A DNA stretch of 52,376 bases from a virus. Taxonomy: Duplodnaviria > Caudoviricetes. The stretch is taken from positions 1 to 52,376 of IMG/VR virus record IMGVR_UViG_3300002219_000849, one strand, 5' to 3'. Below are positions 28,222 to 37,645 of this stretch, one piece after another; position 1 is the stretch's first letter; each line of letters begins with the position of its first letter. Below the pieces are notes generated by a model. It did not search any database. It was given only the letters and a program-made list of their open reading frames with translations, and was not told the origin of the DNA. The position numbers and the translations under genes are program-made.

Positions 28222-29868
28222 TTATTTTATCATGTTTTCGTAATCTATCTTATACCTATTTAGAACTGCGTAAGCAATTATTAAAGCAACTGTTCCATCA
28301 ATACGCTTGTATTTTGAATTCAGTTTCGAAGGTTGGATATTACCATTCAAGTCTACTTTTGCTTGTGTGTTAGATAGACACCATTTTAAAATCGGATTAT
28401 TGTTATAGATGATTGTCTTATTCTTTAAGTCAGCTTCAAGTTGTTTCATGGGTTCTGATAGAGAATAAACACCTTGACGAACCTTTTCCATGTTAAACCC
28501 TAAATCTTCCATTTCCTTAATCCAATACTGTGAATTCCATGGATCAAAGCCAACCCATAATGGTCTAATTTGATGTTCTTGAATCATTCTCATAAACCAC
28601 TGTGAAACTAAAGAGAAATCGTTTTGACTACCCTCAGTCAGTGTAATTAATCCTCTTTTAATCCAAATATCATATGGTACGTTATCTTCTTCCATGCGTT
28701 TCTTAACCACTTCACTTGGCATGAAGAACTGTGATAAAATGTATTTCTTGTTGTCATCTTTCCTTTGAATAACAAGGATTGCAGCTGTTAAATCTGTGGT
28801 AGATGATAAATCAACTCCACCTATTGCATATGAGTTCTTGAGTGTACTTAGCTCATACTTGGCTTCATTATTTAGGTCATCAAATGACAGCCATGCACCT
28901 TGATCGACTTGTTTGATATTGAAGTCTTTACATAACATCGTAACTCTTGTTGAATGATCATTCTTCGATTTATTCATGACATCTTCTAGATATGAATTCA
29001 GTTTCACAACACCAATACTTGGATTTGATTTCTGCCAATTTCTGGAGTCATCATATATTTCTTGAGTGTTGTCTTGGGTATATAGCCAAGGAAGTACGCG
29101 CTCATCAGTTATTTCACCTTTTAGCATCTTCCTTGCATAATCCAATTTATTATCTAGAAAACCACCCACAGTAGTCCCTTCAGTTGTAATGATGAAGATT
29201 AAGGGTTCTTTCTTAGTCGATTGGCTTTGTTTTATCGCATCATAAACCTTTGAATCGGTCATTTCGTGAACTTCATCAATACAACCAACCTCAATGTTAT
29301 AACCATCTTTGTTTCTACTCTGAGCTGATAATTTTTTGATTTTATTTTTTGTCCTAGGAGAATAGATAAAGAAGATATTCTTTTTACTGCGCTTCTCATT
29401 AGACAGTGCAGGAGATTGCTCTCGCATATTGTTGATCTCCTCAAAGAGAATATTGGCTTGTTCACTTGTATTGGAAGCACAGACGATATCAACACCACCT
29501 TTTGATAAAAAGAACTCAGCAAGGTCTATACCAGCAATAAAAGTTGTCTTTCCGTTCTTACGTGCAATGAGTAATATCACTTCATTGAATCTACGCAGAC
29601 CAGAATCCTTCAATTTGAATCCATAAGCTACCTGGATAATTGCTTTCTCCCATAGTTCAAGTATAAATGGTTGACCATTAAATGGTGATTTTGTGTGTTT
29701 ACAAAAGGTTTCTATAAAATCAATTCGAAGATTTCCTGGTGCTTCATCAAAAACGTATCTTGGGTTCTCTAGATCTTCGAGTAATATATCTAGTTGTTTT
29801 TTTAGTTCTTCACCAACCAGGATGTTTCCATCTTCTATTTGGCGGTGATATTCAATGAGATAGTTCAT
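28222..29868 (-). CDS. terL: Terminase large subunit
   Basis: IARKNGKT Walker A, IDEVH Walker B, GVDLSSTTDLTA, RIDGTVA nuclease motifs. Confidence 0.95.
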   Translation of the reverse strand: MNYLIEYHRQIEDGNILVGEELKKQLDILLEDLENPRYVFDEAPGNLRIDFIETFCKHTKSPFNGQPFILELWEKAIIQVAYGFKLKDSGLRRFNEVILLIARKNGKTTFIAGIDLAEFFLSKGGVDIVCASNTSEQANILFEEINNMREQSPALSNEKRSKKNIFFIYSPRTKNKIKKLSAQSRNKDGYNIEVGCIDEVHEMTDSKVYDAIKQSQSTKKEPLIFIITTEGTTVGGFLDNKLDYARKMLKGEITDERVLPWLYTQDNTQEIYDDSRNWQKSNPSIGVVKLNSYLEDVMNKSKNDHSTRVTMLCKDFNIKQVDQGAWLSFDDLNNEAKYELSTLKNSYAIGGVDLSSTTDLTAAILVIQRKDDNKKYILSQFFMPSEVVKKRMEEDNVPYDIWIKRGLITLTEGSQNDFSLVSQWFMRMIQEHQIRPLWVGFDPWNSQYWIKEMEDLGFNMEKVRQGVYSLSEPMKQLEADLKNKTIIYNNNPILKWCLSNTQAKVDLNGNIQPSKLNSKYKRIDGTVALIIAYAVLNRYKIDYENMIK

Positions 29869-30203
29869 CAGGTGTTTGCTTTCTTAAGAAACTCATCGAA
29901 TGCATCATCACCATCAATAACATTTTTACCCATGATTGAGTTCAGTGTTTTGATGACTGTCCCATATGAATTAATGAGCTTAGTATAATATTTTGCAGCT
30001 TCTGTCTGTCTTTGAGCACCTTTACTTGAAACTTGAACTGCACCATGCCTTCTAATTTGCTCCTGAAGAATTCCAAGTTCAACCTTCATAAATGCTGCTT
30101 GCTCAAGTAGGTTATCTACTAGTTGAGTTTTGGTTTCGTCAACGGACGAAAAAAGCGACCGTAGTCGCTCTAGTTCTATATTGATATCTTTTAATTTTGA
30201 CAC
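29868..30203 (-). CDS. terS: Terminase small subunit (P27-like)
   Basis: Directly upstream of terL; C-terminal DAFDEFL; GAGGTG RBS with GTG start. Confidence 0.75.
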   Translation of the reverse strand: MSKLKDINIELERLRSLFSSVDETKTQLVDNLLEQAAFMKVELGILQEQIRRHGAVQVSSKGAQRQTEAAKYYTKLINSYGTVIKTLNSIMGKNVIDGDDAFDEFLKKANT

Positions 30204-30212
30204 AACAGCACC

Positions 30213-30608
30213 TCACTCAAATATAGCTTCTGGACATATCATGACCGGTCCTACTGCCTTCATTCCAAAGACTCTACTTGCTAGGTTATTGAACTCCATA
30301 TTATGTATCAAGCCTTCTTCATTAACCAAAACAATATGACGAGGGATTCTCAAAGGGTATACCTCGATGTATCCTTTGACTTGTTCTTGAAGTTCATCCA
30401 GTTCGAATGCTGTACCTCTTGGTTTTATAAAAGCTATTGAATTATCGGGATTTAATACTAATGCTTTGTTTTGATAAATACCACTTAGAAACAATCTAAG
30501 CGGAATCACTCTTGAACTGTTGCATTCTGAACAGCACTCTTCGTTTCCGATTGGGTGTGCGTTGTGTGAGTCACCCAAGATTTCTTTATTACACAAGCTG
30601 CATGTCAT
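30213..30608 (-). CDS. Zn-finger + DUF3846-like protein
   Basis: CSLC/CCSEC; LQEQVKGYIE..VNEEG..N.LAS..VGPVMI. Confidence 0.7.
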   Translation of the reverse strand: MTCSLCNKEILGDSHNAHPIGNEECCSECNSSRVIPLRLFLSGIYQNKALVLNPDNSIAFIKPRGTAFELDELQEQVKGYIEVYPLRIPRHIVLVNEEGLIHNMEFNNLASRVFGMKAVGPVMICPEAIFE

Positions 30609-30774
30609 TGTTAATTACCTCAATTAAGTCTTCCTCTGGGATAATTGCTAAGTCTCCCCAGGTGCCATGTAGTTGATCGAGTCCATCGATGTATTCAATG
30701 ACACCTTCTCTACCGTTATAATGATCTTCACCCTTCATATCGATGATTCTGATTTTGTCTCCAATTTTGAACAT
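30589..30774 (-). CDS. DUF4314-like small protein
   Basis: GDKIRIIDM..GVIEYIDGLDQLHGTWG..IPEED; AGGAGG RBS. Confidence 0.75.
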   Translation of the reverse strand: MFKIGDKIRIIDMKGEDHYNGREGVIEYIDGLDQLHGTWGDLAIIPEEDLIEVINNDMQLV

Positions 30775-30804
30775 GACAAGTACCTCCTAAGGTTAGTAAT
30801 ATAT

Positions 30805-30831
30805 ATCACTCTAAAGAGAGAAAATAGCAAG
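30805..30831 (-). promoter_or_regulatory. CTTGMTAT-N8-TTTAGAGTGAT motif, copy 2
   Basis: Reverse complement reads CTTGCTATTTTCTCTCTTTAGAGTGAT. Confidence 0.7.
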
Positions 30832-30852
30832 AAAAAAACGACCGAAGTCGCC
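30832..30852 (-). terminator. Terminator after DUF2971
   Basis: CGAC-TTCG-GTCG plus T7 on minus strand. Confidence 0.7.
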
Positions 30853-30870
30853 TCTTAGTGATTAGATACT

Positions 30871-31950
30871 TTATTTTGCTTGATTCAAGAAACTCAGCAT
30901 TTGAGCCTTTGTTACTTCACGTTTATTTAATCGGTATTTTTTATTGCGTAAATCTGAAAACATCTGGTATAACTGTATTCCATTTGTGTAGCAATAGTTA
31001 TAGATAATTACTTTAGTAGAAACTTCTGCAAATTCACCAAGGTATACTGCATTAGGATACACTTCAAAGTCAATAGTATAATGTTGCTTTTGAATATTTG
31101 CAAAATCAATTAGTAAGTTGGGGAGGAGCATACGCCATTCATTCTCATAAGACCATGCCTTTTTTTTGGTAAACACAATTGTGTCTGACATGATCTTTAA
31201 ATTCTCAGGAGTGTACAGATTAACATTGTTCTCTTTATATTTTTTCAACAAATCTAGATATGTAGTATTGAAATCGCTCATTCCATTTAATGCTACTTCA
31301 AGTGAGTTTTTCAATAATTCAGTTCCGTCGTATTTTGAGTTTTTATAGATTACTTTGTATATTCCATACTGAGAATAATCTTGCTGATTAAAGTTTTCTA
31401 GTGAATCCGATAATACAGGGAACTGCTTAAGAAGTTCTAAGCTAATATCCTTTACGAATTGATTGTGATAATCTTTAACAGTAATTAGATCCTTATAAAA
31501 GTATTCCAATGAAAATCCTTTACCATTATCTGCATAATGGGCCCACATAACTTCATTATCCACTTTCTCAGAAAAACAAGCTACTATGAAAAGTTGTCTC
31601 AAAAATTTCTGATTTGATTCATATAGATCTTTAATCCAATATTCAGAAATCTTGTATGGGTTTTTGGTATTTAATCCAATACTTTTGGCGTATTCATTTA
31701 AAATATCGGTAGAAAAGTTTTCAACAAAAAATTTAGAAAGTTTTTCAATATCAACTACAAAACTAGTATCATATGGATCATTGAATGCATCTGGTCTAGT
31801 TAGAGTTATCTTGTTTTCTAGAAGTTGCTTGATAGTGTAGTTATTAATTGGTCGATACCGAAAGAGAGTCATTTTTTCATTGATTGTGATTAAATGAGAG
31901 TCGAGTTTATCCTTTTTTGTAATGGTAATATTGTAGTTTTTCTTAGCCAT
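30871..31950 (-). CDS. DUF2971-family protein
   Basis: LFRYR, FNDPYD, CFSE..MWAHYA..GFSLEY, K..WSYENEWR. Confidence 0.88.
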   Translation of the reverse strand: MAKKNYNITITKKDKLDSHLITINEKMTLFRYRPINNYTIKQLLENKITLTRPDAFNDPYDTSFVVDIEKLSKFFVENFSTDILNEYAKSIGLNTKNPYKISEYWIKDLYESNQKFLRQLFIVACFSEKVDNEVMWAHYADNGKGFSLEYFYKDLITVKDYHNQFVKDISLELLKQFPVLSDSLENFNQQDYSQYGIYKVIYKNSKYDGTELLKNSLEVALNGMSDFNTTYLDLLKKYKENNVNLYTPENLKIMSDTIVFTKKKAWSYENEWRMLLPNLLIDFANIQKQHYTIDFEVYPNAVYLGEFAEVSTKVIIYNYCYTNGIQLYQMFSDLRNKKYRLNKREVTKAQMLSFLNQAK

Positions 31951-31984
31951 CTACTATTTTTCACCAACCTTTTTCAGTATTTCA

Positions 31985-32065
31985 AAAAAACTTGCTTCCG
32001 TTTTTTAATTGCCACCCTGTACGGTACCATCATCTGTATAACAACTTGTGGTAGGGGGGATACCA
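31985..32065. other. Candidate cos/packaging initiation site
   Basis: GC-rich patch (minus strand CCCCCC..GGTACCGTACAGGGTGGC) in AT-rich DNA between HNH and terS. Confidence 0.4.
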
Positions 32066-32610
32066 ATTTGATCTCTATAACTATCATTGTATTTCATTAC
32101 ACCTTTTATGGCTCTACCATGAGCGAAATTATTATTTTTATCATAGGTTATAAATAGGTTATCTGATGTAGATAGTTTTTCAAGAATACAACAGAAATCT
32201 TTTGTAAATGCCTTGCTATATTTCGTTTTTGAGTTTCTACCGTAAAAAAGGACGACTCTTAATTTATTAGAAAAAGCTTCATTCAAAATTGAAACCATGA
32301 AACTAACATCCATTTCATTAATTTCATTGTTCTTAAATCCATCAGTTTTCATTATTGGACTGAAATTGGTCAAATAATATCCTTTATAATCTCTCCATAA
32401 ATCTTCACTTAGGATATTTATAAGGTTTACATTTGTGTTATCAAGTCTTGTTCCGTCCGCTTTTGAGGGATTAATACCTACAGCTACAAAGAATTTACCT
32501 TCTCTATCTAAACTAATTCTTTGAAGTGGCTTTTTTGATGAATCTTTCCATGTAATAAACTCAATTTGAGTTTCTGTTTTAGAAAATCCAATAACCTTAT
32601 CTTCGAACAT
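32005..32610 (-). CDS. DUF1643-like protein
   Basis: GINPSKAD..D.T, LTNFSP, VLFYG and late His motifs. Confidence 0.6.
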   Translation of the reverse strand: MFEDKVIGFSKTETQIEFITWKDSSKKPLQRISLDREGKFFVAVGINPSKADGTRLDNTNVNLINILSEDLWRDYKGYYLTNFSPIMKTDGFKNNEINEMDVSFMVSILNEAFSNKLRVVLFYGRNSKTKYSKAFTKDFCCILEKLSTSDNLFITYDKNNNFAHGRAIKGVMKYNDSYRDQIGIPPTTSCYTDDGTVQGGN

Positions 32611-32653
32611 AAATATACCTCTTTTATAAACATTATATCAAACAATGCTTATT

Positions 32654-32950
32654 TTACTGAGGTTTTTTAGGATTGATTGGATTTCCATCTTTATCGAATC
32701 TATCTTCTTTACTAAAGCGCTTGTGCTCTTTGTTGTGACAATCCCTACAGAGTAGTTCTAAGTTGTCTTGATTTAGACTAATAGATGTATCATTTACATT
32801 ATCGATTGAAAGTCTCACCTTATGGTGAACTTCAATACCGATTGCTCCACATCGCTCACATAGACTATCAACTGTCATTATCTTTAACTCTCGAGCAGTT
32901 CTCCATGAGTCCGACTTATAAAAATTATGCAGAACCTTTGGCTTTTTCAT
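32654..32950 (-). CDS. Phage HNH endonuclease (terminase-associated)
   Basis: FYKSDSW, CERC, VHH, NLELLCRDCHNKEH. Confidence 0.9.
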   Translation of the reverse strand: MKKPKVLHNFYKSDSWRTARELKIMTVDSLCERCGAIGIEVHHKVRLSIDNVNDTSISLNQDNLELLCRDCHNKEHKRFSKEDRFDKDGNPINPKKPQ

Positions 32951-34064
32951 ATGCAACCTTAAGCTCAGCTGCTTTTGCTTCAACATGTTCCCAACGAACA
33001 GGTAAATCTTCTCTGCCCATGTGTCCATACTTTGCAAGCTCCTGGAATTTCACATTTTCAAATTCTAATTCTTTACGAATGTTTCCAGGAGTGAAATCAA
33101 AGTGTTGATTCACCAAATCAAACAATTGATCATCTGATAGTTTACCAGTACCAAAGGAATCAATTGACACTGCCACTGGATTTGCTACACCGATGGAATA
33201 GGACACACAGACTTCGCACGTGTCGGCCAATTCTGCCTCCACAAGGGCTTTTGCTACGAATCTGGCATAATAACTCGCACTGCGGTCAACCTTGCTTACG
33301 TCCTTGCCAGAAAAGGCTCCACCACCATGTTTTGCATAACCTCCATAGGTGTCTACAATAATCTTTCTACCAGTTAACCCAGAATCTCCATAAGATCCAC
33401 CGATGACAAATGCTCCAGTTGGATTGATTAAAATATTGATACCACTTAGGTCTTTACCTATCAGTGGTTTAAGTACTTCTTCGATAATGATTTCTTTTGC
33501 TAATAACAATGATGCTTCTGGTCTAGTTTGAGCAGAAACAATAATTGTATCGTATGCGAATGGTTGTCCATCTACATACCTTACAGATACTTGACATTTA
33601 CCATCTGGACCAAAGATGTAATTATACTTAGCTTTTCTAAGTGTATCTATTTCTTTGGATATTTCATGCGCAACCATAATCGGTAGTGGCATGAGTTCTG
33701 GTGTTTCATTACATGCAAATCCATACATCATCCCCTGATCACCAGCACCTTGTTGATGATCTAGGGTTTCATTAACACCTTGTGCAATGTCTGGAGATTG
33801 TTTGGATATCTTTTCTAATATACAAAACTCTTCCATGTACCCTATTTCTTTGAGTACTCGTTTTGCGATATCTGAGAATTGAACGCTTGCAGTAGTTGTC
33901 ACCTCACCAAAGATAACGACTAAGTCATCCTTGATTGCTGTTTCAACTGCTACTCTTGCTGCCTGGTCTTGTTCCAGGATTGCGTCAAGTATCGCATCAC
34001 TGATTTGGTCACAGATTTTATCCGGATGTCCACTAAAGACTGATTCGCTTGTTATGATTTTCAT
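32925..34064 (-). CDS. metK: S-adenosylmethionine synthetase
   Basis: SESVFSGHPDKICDQISD, GAGDQG, GLTGRKIIVDTYGG, HGGGAFSGKD. Confidence 0.97.
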   Translation of the reverse strand: MKIITSESVFSGHPDKICDQISDAILDAILEQDQAARVAVETAIKDDLVVIFGEVTTTASVQFSDIAKRVLKEIGYMEEFCILEKISKQSPDIAQGVNETLDHQQGAGDQGMMYGFACNETPELMPLPIMVAHEISKEIDTLRKAKYNYIFGPDGKCQVSVRYVDGQPFAYDTIIVSAQTRPEASLLLAKEIIIEEVLKPLIGKDLSGINILINPTGAFVIGGSYGDSGLTGRKIIVDTYGGYAKHGGGAFSGKDVSKVDRSASYYARFVAKALVEAELADTCEVCVSYSIGVANPVAVSIDSFGTGKLSDDQLFDLVNQHFDFTPGNIRKELEFENVKFQELAKYGHMGREDLPVRWEHVEAKAAELKVAYEKAKGSA

Positions 34065-34084
34065 GTTGTCCTCTTTCTAGCAAG

Positions 34085-34107
34085 AAAAAGGAAGCTGATG
34101 AGCTTCC
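34085..34107 (-). terminator. Terminator upstream of metK
   Basis: GGAAGCT..AGCTTCC plus T5. Confidence 0.65.
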
Positions 34108-34131
34108 CTAGTTTGCTTTGAATGTTATTAC

Positions 34132-34428
34132 CTATTTAAGTGCTGCTTTTGGTAAATAAGCTGTATATCTTGCATAATGATATCCTTCGCTTTCAACCAG
34201 GATACCAAAATCGTGTGAATCGGATGTTACAAAGATACAGTGGAACACTTCATCTTGGTCACAATACATGTGTTCAAGATTCTCTTTGATAAAATCATAG
34301 TCATTGAGTGGATCTTTGATGAAACATTCGAATAGGTCTTTATCAATGATGACTTGTTTTTCAATGAGAAATTCATCATGTGGTATCAGTTCTGATGAGG
34401 TTGCTTTGCGTATAAAATTTGTTTTCAT
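34132..34428 (-). CDS. DUF6329-like phage protein
   Basis: DYDFI..HCIFV..GILVESEGYHYARY. Confidence 0.7.
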   Translation of the reverse strand: MKTNFIRKATSSELIPHDEFLIEKQVIIDKDLFECFIKDPLNDYDFIKENLEHMYCDQDEVFHCIFVTSDSHDFGILVESEGYHYARYTAYLPKAALK

Positions 34429-34439
34429 GTTTTTATCCT

Positions 34440-34814
34440 TTAGTCAATCTTCCATGCTGTATAGACGCTTCTGTATGTGCAGTCCCAAGTATCCATGATA
34501 ACGCCATCTTTACATACTGTAACATGTCCAGTCATTTTTAGGATGTAAGTTCCTTCTGGATGTAAACCAGTAAAATCAGAACCTTTGATTCTTGGTTCAC
34601 CTTTTACTGCTTTGAATATGAGTCTAGGTTTTCCTTCAAAATACTTGTATAAGAACTCAGTATCTTTGTAGCTCTTAAACTTCCAATCTCGTTTGAGTTG
34701 ATTCAGTTCACGTCTGCATTCCATATAATCTTTGTTTAAAGCGGTGCTAACTGCTCTAACGACACAGTCTGTTGTTTTGATCCCTTTAGGATGCGCATTG
34801 TATTCAATAAACAT
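34440..34814 (-). CDS. Conserved phage hypothetical protein
   Basis: YNAHP..DCVVRA..GHVT..DTWD; TAATG coupling with the upstream gene. Confidence 0.7.
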   Translation of the reverse strand: MFIEYNAHPKGIKTTDCVVRAVSTALNKDYMECRRELNQLKRDWKFKSYKDTEFLYKYFEGKPRLIFKAVKGEPRIKGSDFTGLHPEGTYILKMTGHVTVCKDGVIMDTWDCTYRSVYTAWKID

Positions 34815-35242
34815 TACTTTGCCCATCCTTTGTTGAACCATTTCACTAGTTCTCTGGATGAGTCTGTTTGAAAGACTGGTTTTTCAAATCCATCAAGTCT
34901 TTCGAATACTGTGTATCTTGAATCGTTCCACACACAATCGATTTGAACCACAAAGAGGTTATTGTTGCTATCAATGTCTGCAATTCTGAAATCATCATAA
35001 AGTGGACCGTTAAGTGGGCAGTTGTTTTTGAACCAGACATAACTAGTTTCAAGGTCAACCTTTCCTCCTGTTTTGATTTGCTTGATGATGTTTCCCATCT
35101 TCTTTGTTTTGTTTGCTAGACTTGAATCTCTACAAAACCAATCGAACCACCCAGCTTCAATTTGAGCTTTGCTATCAGTCTTATCAAATTCACCTGTATT
35201 AAATCTTTGAATCCATTCTGATAACTTGATTTGTTTATCCAT
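34814..35242 (-). CDS. Conserved phage hypothetical protein
   Basis: GWFDWFC..YVWFKNNCP..YDDFR. Confidence 0.7.
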   Translation of the reverse strand: MDKQIKLSEWIQRFNTGEFDKTDSKAQIEAGWFDWFCRDSSLANKTKKMGNIIKQIKTGGKVDLETSYVWFKNNCPLNGPLYDDFRIADIDSNNNLFVVQIDCVWNDSRYTVFERLDGFEKPVFQTDSSRELVKWFNKGWAK

Positions 35243-35281
35243 TTTGTGACCTACTTTCTACCTTTTGGTATATATATATAT

Positions 35282-35310
35282 ATCACTCTAAAGACCTTTT
35301 ATATCAAGTC
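35282..35310 (-). promoter_or_regulatory. CTTGMTAT-N8-TTTAGAGTGAT motif, copy 3
   Basis: Reverse complement GACTTGATATAAAAGGTCTTTAGAGTGAT followed by a (TA)7 tract. Confidence 0.7.
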
Positions 35311-35330
35311 ATTTCGACACTAAATGCTCA

Positions 35331-36542
35331 CTATAGTGATAAATTTTGAAAGTCATTAATCGTATCCAGTGATATCTTCTTACCCTTACGGATCAGATAG
35401 CAGTTTTCACTTGATCCTTTATGTCTGATGTATCTTTTCACAATGACATCAACAAACCTTTCATCTAGCTCCATTAGGTATGCTTTTCTTTGAAGCTGAT
35501 CTGATGCGATCATTGTTGATCCTGAACCACCAAACAAATCTAAGACATGCTCATTTACTCTTGATGAGTTCGCTATTGCTCTACCACATAGTTCTAGTGG
35601 TTTCATCGTTGGATGAACATCATTCCGTTTTGGTTTGTTGTATTCCCAGATAGTATCCTGTGTGCGGTCATCAATAAAGTAATGAGCTGCACCTTCTTTC
35701 CATCCATAAAGAATAGGCTCGTGTCGCCAGTGATAGTCTTGTCTACCTAATACCAACGCATTTTTAACCCAGATCAATTGTTCTGCGTATTTGAACCCAG
35801 CTTCTAGATATGCAAGTAAAAAATTCTTCAGCTCAGTCGCAGCGTGACAAACATAGATTGCTCCACCTTCTTTGGTTGCTTCAAACATGTTTGTAAAAGC
35901 ATCTAATAAAAAAAGATAGAAGCTATTGTCTTCCATCTTGTCATTCTTAATCTTTCCAGCTGAACCTTCATAGTCCACATTGTATGGTGGATCCGTGAAG
36001 ATCATATCGATTTTTTGTCCTTCCAGGAGTTTGTGAACATCTTGTTTCTTAGTGGAATCGCCACACATGACTTTATGATTACCTAAATGATAGATATCCC
36101 CAAGTTCAGAGTAAGGTGTTTCACTGATTTCATCCGAAGGGTCAAAGTCATCATCACTTGCATTATCTGGAACATCTGAGTGTAAATCTTCAAATCCGAA
36201 TTGAAGCATGTCCATATCGATATGTTCAAGTTCCTCTTCAAGCTTGCTAAAGTCCCATGTCGCAAGTTCTGCTGTCTTGTTATCTGCCAAACGAAAGGCC
36301 TTGATTTGCCCTTCTGTGAGGTCATCAGCAACAATACAAGGAACAGTTGCTAATCCAAGTTTGAGGCTTGCTTTGAGCCTAGTGTGGCCAGCAATAATAA
36401 CCAGATCCTTGGTAATCACAATCGGAACCTTGAATCCAAACTCTTTGATACTATTGGCTACAGCATCAACTGCAGCATCATTATTTCTTGGGTTGTTTTC
36501 GTATATTGACAACTCCGAGGGTTTCTTCATCACTATGTTCAT
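35331..36542 (-). CDS. ParB-like domain + N6/N4 DNA methyltransferase
   Basis: YENNPR..IIAGHTR..LADNK; TDPPYNV; HPTMKP; DLFGGSGST. Confidence 0.92.
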   Translation of the reverse strand: MNIVMKKPSELSIYENNPRNNDAAVDAVANSIKEFGFKVPIVITKDLVIIAGHTRLKASLKLGLATVPCIVADDLTEGQIKAFRLADNKTAELATWDFSKLEEELEHIDMDMLQFGFEDLHSDVPDNASDDDFDPSDEISETPYSELGDIYHLGNHKVMCGDSTKKQDVHKLLEGQKIDMIFTDPPYNVDYEGSAGKIKNDKMEDNSFYLFLLDAFTNMFEATKEGGAIYVCHAATELKNFLLAYLEAGFKYAEQLIWVKNALVLGRQDYHWRHEPILYGWKEGAAHYFIDDRTQDTIWEYNKPKRNDVHPTMKPLELCGRAIANSSRVNEHVLDLFGGSGSTMIASDQLQRKAYLMELDERFVDVIVKRYIRHKGSSENCYLIRKGKKISLDTINDFQNLSL

Positions 36543-36999
36543 TAATCCAGGTTTCCTCGCCTTTTTCTATGCGTTTTAGCATGATGTCTATTTCTTCTTT
36601 ACGTTCGTTGAACTCACGTCCGAATTTGATAATTAATAAGTATTTGAGTGCATTAAAATCGGGGAGTGATTTCTTCTTGGTTTTCACAAGACGTTTTTTC
36701 GTTCCCGATGATGTTTCTTCAATGATGGTTTGTACTTCCTCATATTCCATACCAACAGCTCGTTGAAAGAGTGCATCCATGAGTTTATACTTCAGTTCAT
36801 CATCGCCATTAATAAATGCTTGATTTAACCTGGGATGAGAACGTTTCAATTTGATAAGAGTGTTCTCACTTACGTTCATGGCTTTGGCGATATCCTTTTG
36901 GATAATCCGCCTTGCTACCATGTCTTGAATACTTTTTATTCGTTCATCAAGTACTCCATCAGCCTCCCATTGCTGATATGTATCCAGTACCTTTGGCAC
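36481..36999 (-). CDS. HTH phage DNA-binding protein (terminase-small-subunit-like)
   Basis: DIAKAMNVSENTL HTH; ALFQRAVGMEYEE..PDFNA; start codon uncertain. Confidence 0.65.
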   Translation of the reverse strand: MPKVLDTYQQWEADGVLDERIKSIQDMVARRIIQKDIAKAMNVSENTLIKLKRSHPRLNQAFINGDDELKYKLMDALFQRAVGMEYEEVQTIIEETSSGTKKRLVKTKKKSLPDFNALKYLLIIKFGREFNERKEEIDIMLKRIEKGEETWINEHSDEETLGVVNIRKQPKK

Positions 37000-37080
37000 A
37001 TCGATTCCAACCTTTCAGGGTTCAGTAAATTTATCAAAAACTGAAGTTATCCAAGGGTTGAATACTACATTTTTTTCTGC

Positions 37081-37113
37081 AAAAGAAAAGAAACTCCCAT
37101 ATTTGAGAGTTTC
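37081..37113 (-). terminator. Leader terminator of the late operon
   Basis: GAAACTCTCA-AATA-TGGGAGTTTC followed by TTTTCTTTT. Confidence 0.7.
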
Positions 37114-37157
37114 TATCTTCTAGGCCTTATTGAAAGCCAGTATTCCACGCTATTTGT

Positions 37158-37202
37158 AGTATATGCAATAAGTCAATTTTTGTCTACATGCCAGTGGCAC
37201 AA
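37158..37202 (-). promoter_or_regulatory. Putative late promoter TAGACA-N17-TATACT with TGCCACTGGCA box
   Basis: 19-bp TTGTGCCACTGGCATGTAG identical to 48961-48979. Confidence 0.7.
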
Positions 37203-37243
37203 TAATTCATTAAAACCTTGGTTTCCCTCGATTTTTACCCTAT

Positions 37244-37332
37244 CACTTGATAACCACTTGCCGACCACTTGAACGCTAGTTGTTGCTTAATTGACAACCA
37301 CTTGGCGTTACTGTTCACAAGTATTATCGGTA
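37244..37332. repeat. Six 11-bp-period YACTTG repeats + CTGTTCACAAGYATTATCGGTA, copy 1
   Basis: Hexamers at 37244, 37255, 37266, 37277, 37288 and 37299; 22-mer at 37311. Confidence 0.85.
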
Positions 37333-37363
37333 GCAACAATGATTTTTACTTTTTTATTCTCGA

Positions 37364-37645
37364 TTAATTCCCTTGAACGTTTTGAGTTTTTATAAAATCA
37401 GCCAACTCAATTACTTTAAGGTTGTAATCAGCAACTAGAGCAGTTAATAGATTAACCAATTCATTTTCAGCCTCTGATGGATCATTTATTGTGTTTTTTA
37501 ATGCTATCTCTTCTTTTAGATTCAAGCTGAGTAAAAGTTCAATGAATTTAGAAAATGTTATAGATTCATCCATTTTGTATACTTCAATTATTTCTTGATT
37601 CACAATTGCAATTCCTTCGGCTACTCTAGATATTATTATTTCCAT
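37364..37645 (-). CDS. Small hypothetical protein coupled to the PHP-ATPase
   Basis: Overlaps the 3' end of 37626-40100; AGGAG RBS. Confidence 0.7.
   Translation of the reverse strand: MEIIISRVAEGIAIVNQEIIEVYKMDESITFSKFIELLLSLNLKEEIALKNTINDPSEAENELVNLLTALVADYNLKVIELADFIKTQNVQGN

Noticed and set aside
34064-34132. SAM riboswitch upstream of metK
   Set aside because: Only 67 bp with one simple terminator hairpin; no SAM riboswitch consensus recognised
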